This document shows positions 36,012 to 38,768 of a stretch of DNA of 38,768 nt, one piece after another (position 1 is the first letter of the stretch; the number at the start of each line of letters is the position of its first letter). The DNA comes from Candidatus Omnitrophota bacterium (GTDB lineage: Bacteria; Omnitrophota; Gorgyraeia; Pluralincolimonadales; Pluralincolimonadaceae): positions 1 through 38,768 of the forward strand of contig JBAYMW010000002.1 of NCBI GenBank assembly GCA_041663405.1, read 5' to 3'. Below the pieces are notes generated by a model that did not search any database, had not been told where the DNA came from, and saw nothing but the letters and a program-made list of their open reading frames with translations. Position numbers and translations under genes: made by a program.

Positions 36012-36755
36012 TTACTTGGGTAGTTTCAGGCCCTTGACCGCGCCTTTTCCGAGTACCCCGATATCGGCGCCGTTAAGTTCCGCTGATAAAGCTTCCGCTT
36101 TGCTTGTAGATAATTCAAAGGAATTTGAGGCAGACCACTTCTCAGCCGTGCCCTTCTTCAACATACCGTCGAATATGACGCTCCCGTCCGCCTTTATCTT
36201 AACGTAAACATCTGCGCGCGTCCGGATAGACAGTTCCAGTTTCTCGCCCTTCGGCACCTGTACGGCCGTGGCAGGTGCCGCGGCCTTTACGGGCTTCTGC
36301 GGCTGTTTTGCGGCAGGCTTTGCTGCCGGGGCTGCGTTGGCCTTCTTAACGGCTTTTGGCCTTGATTTAATGAATGCAGCGGCCTTTGACGCTCCTATAA
36401 CGGCCAGCTTCGCGGCAAGGACGACTAATACCACTGTTATTACGGCTACTATGACCTTATTGAAAGGGAACCGCCCGCCGCCGTTATTTTTCGCGAGCAC
36501 AGATATCTGCTCCTTGAACTCCGGTTTCTCGCCCAAAAACCCGTCGGCCATCGCAGTGCCGTCCAGTCCGAGGTAACCCGCGTATTTTTTTATAAAGCTT
36601 TTCGCATAAACAGGCCCTGAGACTATTTCATCTATCTTGTCCGCCTCAAGCGCGGCAAGTATACGCGAGCTTATGCGCGTATCTTTTTGCGCCTGCTCAA
36701 GCGAAATGCCCTTCGCCTCGCGCGCAGACCTTAGTCTCGGCCCGATTGATTCCAT
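36012..36755 (-). CDS. rodZ: RodZ-like protein: XRE-type HTH, TM helix, Ala/Pro/Lys linker and DUF4115-like C-domain
   Basis: 247 aa. HTH is IGPRLRSAREAKGISLEQAQKDTRISSRILAALE and the TM is VIVAVITVVLVVLAAKLAVIGA. The C-terminal beta domain ends LNGADIGVLG. Confidence 0.7.
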   Translation of the reverse strand: MESIGPRLRSAREAKGISLEQAQKDTRISSRILAALEADKIDEIVSGPVYAKSFIKKYAGYLGLDGTAMADGFLGEKPEFKEQISVLAKNNGGGRFPFNKVIVAVITVVLVVLAAKLAVIGASKAAAFIKSRPKAVKKANAAPAAKPAAKQPQKPVKAAAPATAVQVPKGEKLELSIRTRADVYVKIKADGSVIFDGMLKKGTAEKWSASNSFELSTSKAEALSAELNGADIGVLGKGAVKGLKLPK

Positions 36756-38768
36756 TTTGCCTTTACGGCCTCCATGTTTTCCATGAGGATCTCGCGGGGC
36801 TTCGAACCGTTATACGGCCCTACGATGCCTTCGGCCTCCATCGTGTCGACAAGGCGCGCGGACCTCGTATATCCGAGGCCCAGCCTGCGCTGCAGCATCG
36901 ACACCGAGGCCTGCTTGGTATCGAGGACCATCTTGACCGCCTCCTCGTACATCTCATCCTTCTCGTATGTCTTTCCGCCATGGGACTTCTTGTCTTGTTC
37001 CTTCAGGATCTCTTCGTCGTATTCGGCGGACCTCTGCTCCTTGATGAACTTAATGACCCTCTCTATCTCCGCGTCCTTAACGAGGCATGCCTGGGCGCGC
37101 GTCGGTTTGGCGTCCCCGGGCCTCATAAATAACATATCACCCTTGCCGAGGAGCTTATCCGCGCCGTTCATGTCAAGAACTGTCCTCGAATCCACTTTGG
37201 ACGCCACCTTGAAGGATATCCTTGCGGGGAAATTAGCTTTTATGACGCCCGTTACTACATCGACCGAGGGCCGCTGGGTAGCGAGTATGATATGTATTCC
37301 TACCGCCCTTGACAGCTGGGAAAGCCTCGTTATCGCGTTCTCAACCTCCTGCGCCGAGACCAGCATAAGGTCAGCAAGCTCATCTATGATGACGACTATA
37401 TACGGAAGGACCTCCGGAACGTCCTCCTGGTCCTTGAAATCACCCCTGTTCCTCTTCTCTAGGAAATATTCTATATTCCTGACGGCAAGCCTCGCGAACA
37501 GCCTGTAGCGATCTTCCATCTCATTTACCACCCAATTAAGCGCCCCTGATACCTTCTTATGGTCCGTAACCACCGGGCACAGCAGGTGCGGCAGCCCGTT
37601 GAACATCGCGAGCTCGACCATCTTCGGGTCGACCATAAGGAACTTTACTTCGTCCGGAGACGCGTTAAAGAGCATGGAACTTATGATCGCGTTCACGCAG
37701 ACCGTCTTACCGGCGCCCGTCGTGCCGGCTATCAGCATATGCGGCATGGTGGCCAGGTCGGCTATTACCGGCACCCCCGCTATATCCTTGCCGAGGGCAA
37801 GCGTAAGTTTCGATTTGGCGTTCTGGAACTCGGATGAACCTAATATCTCCTTCAGGTAGACCAGCGCGCTCGACGAATTAGGGACCTCGACGCCGACCCT
37901 CGCCTTTCCGGGTATCGGCGCGACTATCCTGACGCTCTGCGCCTTCATGGCCAGGGCGATATCGTCGGATAAACACGTTATCTTCATCACCTTTACGCCC
38001 GGCGCCGGCTCCAGCTCGTACCTGGTTATCACCGGGCCTCGTTCCACCGCCGTGACTTTGACCTCGATCCCGAAATCGCGAAGCGTCTCTTCAAGTATCT
38101 TCGCGCTGGCGTCAAGGTCATCACTTATCTTCCTCTCTTCGATAGGAGGCGGCGAGTCCAGCAAACTCATATCGGGGAGCTTATAATCTCCTACGGATTT
38201 CTTGATAACCTTTATTGGGGACGCTTTCGTGTCATCGGTCTTTATGACCTTCTTTATATCTACAATAGCCGGGCGGCTATCCCTCGCCTGTTCCTTTATC
38301 TGCGCGGCCGCCTTAGTTTCCGCCTTTATCTGCTCGAAAGCCTTCTTCAGCGAGGGTTCCTTGGCCTGCTTGGCCTCTGGCCTAGCCTGCGGCCTGGCCC
38401 CATTCTTCCTGAATACCGCCCTGAAAAGTTCGGCGGAGGCATTTAAAAGCGACATGACTATCGGGAAGATCAGGAATTCCGTTGCCAACAGGACCGAAAG
38501 AGCCCCGAGAACGATCACCATCACCCACGCGCCGACGTTCCCGAGGTACCTTACGAAGAAATTAGAAAAGAAGAGCCCGAGAAGGCCCCCGTAATGGACC
38601 TTTACCGCGTTGCTCTGCGGGGACGAGGCCATGCTGAGTATCGCGCTTGAGGCTATAAAAAGGAACGAGGTCCCTAGAAGCTTGAAGTAGAACTTCTGCG
38701 GGACCTTGTTTAGGAACTTCCCTATAGCCCACGTCGCCGTCAGCAAGGGAATTATGTACGAACTGAAA
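36731..38768 (-). CDS. ftsK: DNA translocase FtsK/SpoIIIE. Partial: the frame is open to the window end, so the N-terminus lies outside.
   Basis: Contains TM helices, a charged linker, Walker A GTTGAGKTVCVN, IVVIIDELADL and the gamma winged-helix SVSMLQRRLGLGYTRSARLVDTMEAEGIVGP. The track start at 38746 is a TTG, and upstream codons to 38768 contain no stop. Confidence 0.93.
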   Translation of the reverse strand, partial: FSSYIIPLLTATWAIGKFLNKVPQKFYFKLLGTSFLFIASSAILSMASSPQSNAVKVHYGGLLGLFFSNFFVRYLGNVGAWVMVIVLGALSVLLATEFLIFPIVMSLLNASAELFRAVFRKNGARPQARPEAKQAKEPSLKKAFEQIKAETKAAAQIKEQARDSRPAIVDIKKVIKTDDTKASPIKVIKKSVGDYKLPDMSLLDSPPPIEERKISDDLDASAKILEETLRDFGIEVKVTAVERGPVITRYELEPAPGVKVMKITCLSDDIALAMKAQSVRIVAPIPGKARVGVEVPNSSSALVYLKEILGSSEFQNAKSKLTLALGKDIAGVPVIADLATMPHMLIAGTTGAGKTVCVNAIISSMLFNASPDEVKFLMVDPKMVELAMFNGLPHLLCPVVTDHKKVSGALNWVVNEMEDRYRLFARLAVRNIEYFLEKRNRGDFKDQEDVPEVLPYIVVIIDELADLMLVSAQEVENAITRLSQLSRAVGIHIILATQRPSVDVVTGVIKANFPARISFKVASKVDSRTVLDMNGADKLLGKGDMLFMRPGDAKPTRAQACLVKDAEIERVIKFIKEQRSAEYDEEILKEQDKKSHGGKTYEKDEMYEEAVKMVLDTKQASVSMLQRRLGLGYTRSARLVDTMEAEGIVGPYNGSKPREILMENMEAVKAKWNQSGRD

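Noticed and set aside
1-38768. Scan for tRNA, rRNA, CRISPR arrays, IS or transposase genes, integrases, toxin-antitoxin pairs and long direct or inverted repeats
   Set aside because: Nothing was found by eye. Non-coding DNA totals well under 1 kb, and the only sizeable spacers (5224..5404, 24069..24220, 28249..28338, 32292..32349) are accounted for by promoters. A computational scan (tRNAscan, Infernal, a CRISPR finder) would be needed for certainty.

Overview
The window is almost fully coding (38 CDS, gaps mostly 0-40 bp) and about 90% of it is on the minus strand. It looks like a diderm bacterium with AGG/ATA-rich codon usage; I cannot assign a lineage from sequence alone. Most of it is housekeeping. 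One gapless 18-kb minus-strand array runs recA-recX-alaS-hisDBHAFI-trpEGDCF-PilZ-htpX-dinG-CHASE2/PP2C. A second runs ftsK-rodZ-rimO-hypothetical-pgsA-pgpA. Between them sit an amidohydrolase, a secreted discoidin/six-hairpin glycosidase-like protein, cinA, a signal-less SBP with a GAF-GAF-GGDEF cyclase, and thpR. I saw no rRNA, tRNA, CRISPR, transposase, integrase or recognisable defence system. The best novelty candidate is the left edge. An ORF missing from the supplied track runs off the window on the minus strand (3696..1, at least 1232 codons). It encodes a signal/lipobox N-terminus, two FecR-type domains and a Gly/Tyr/Asp/Trp-rich region I cannot place in any family. It lies 18 nt downstream of a 502-aa TPR plus C-terminal beta-barrel outer-membrane protein whose architecture resembles Slam/DUF560 translocators. 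A PEP-CTERM protein is transcribed divergently. Secondary observations are three leaderless-type promoter/start arrangements, interdigitated divergent promoters, and a his-trp fusion with a TAATG junction. Others are an apparent frameshift in thpR, a 21-bp in-frame duplication in the PP2C domain, and a cytoplasmic SBP-like protein paired with the cyclase. All family calls rest on motif reading by eye, with no searches run.
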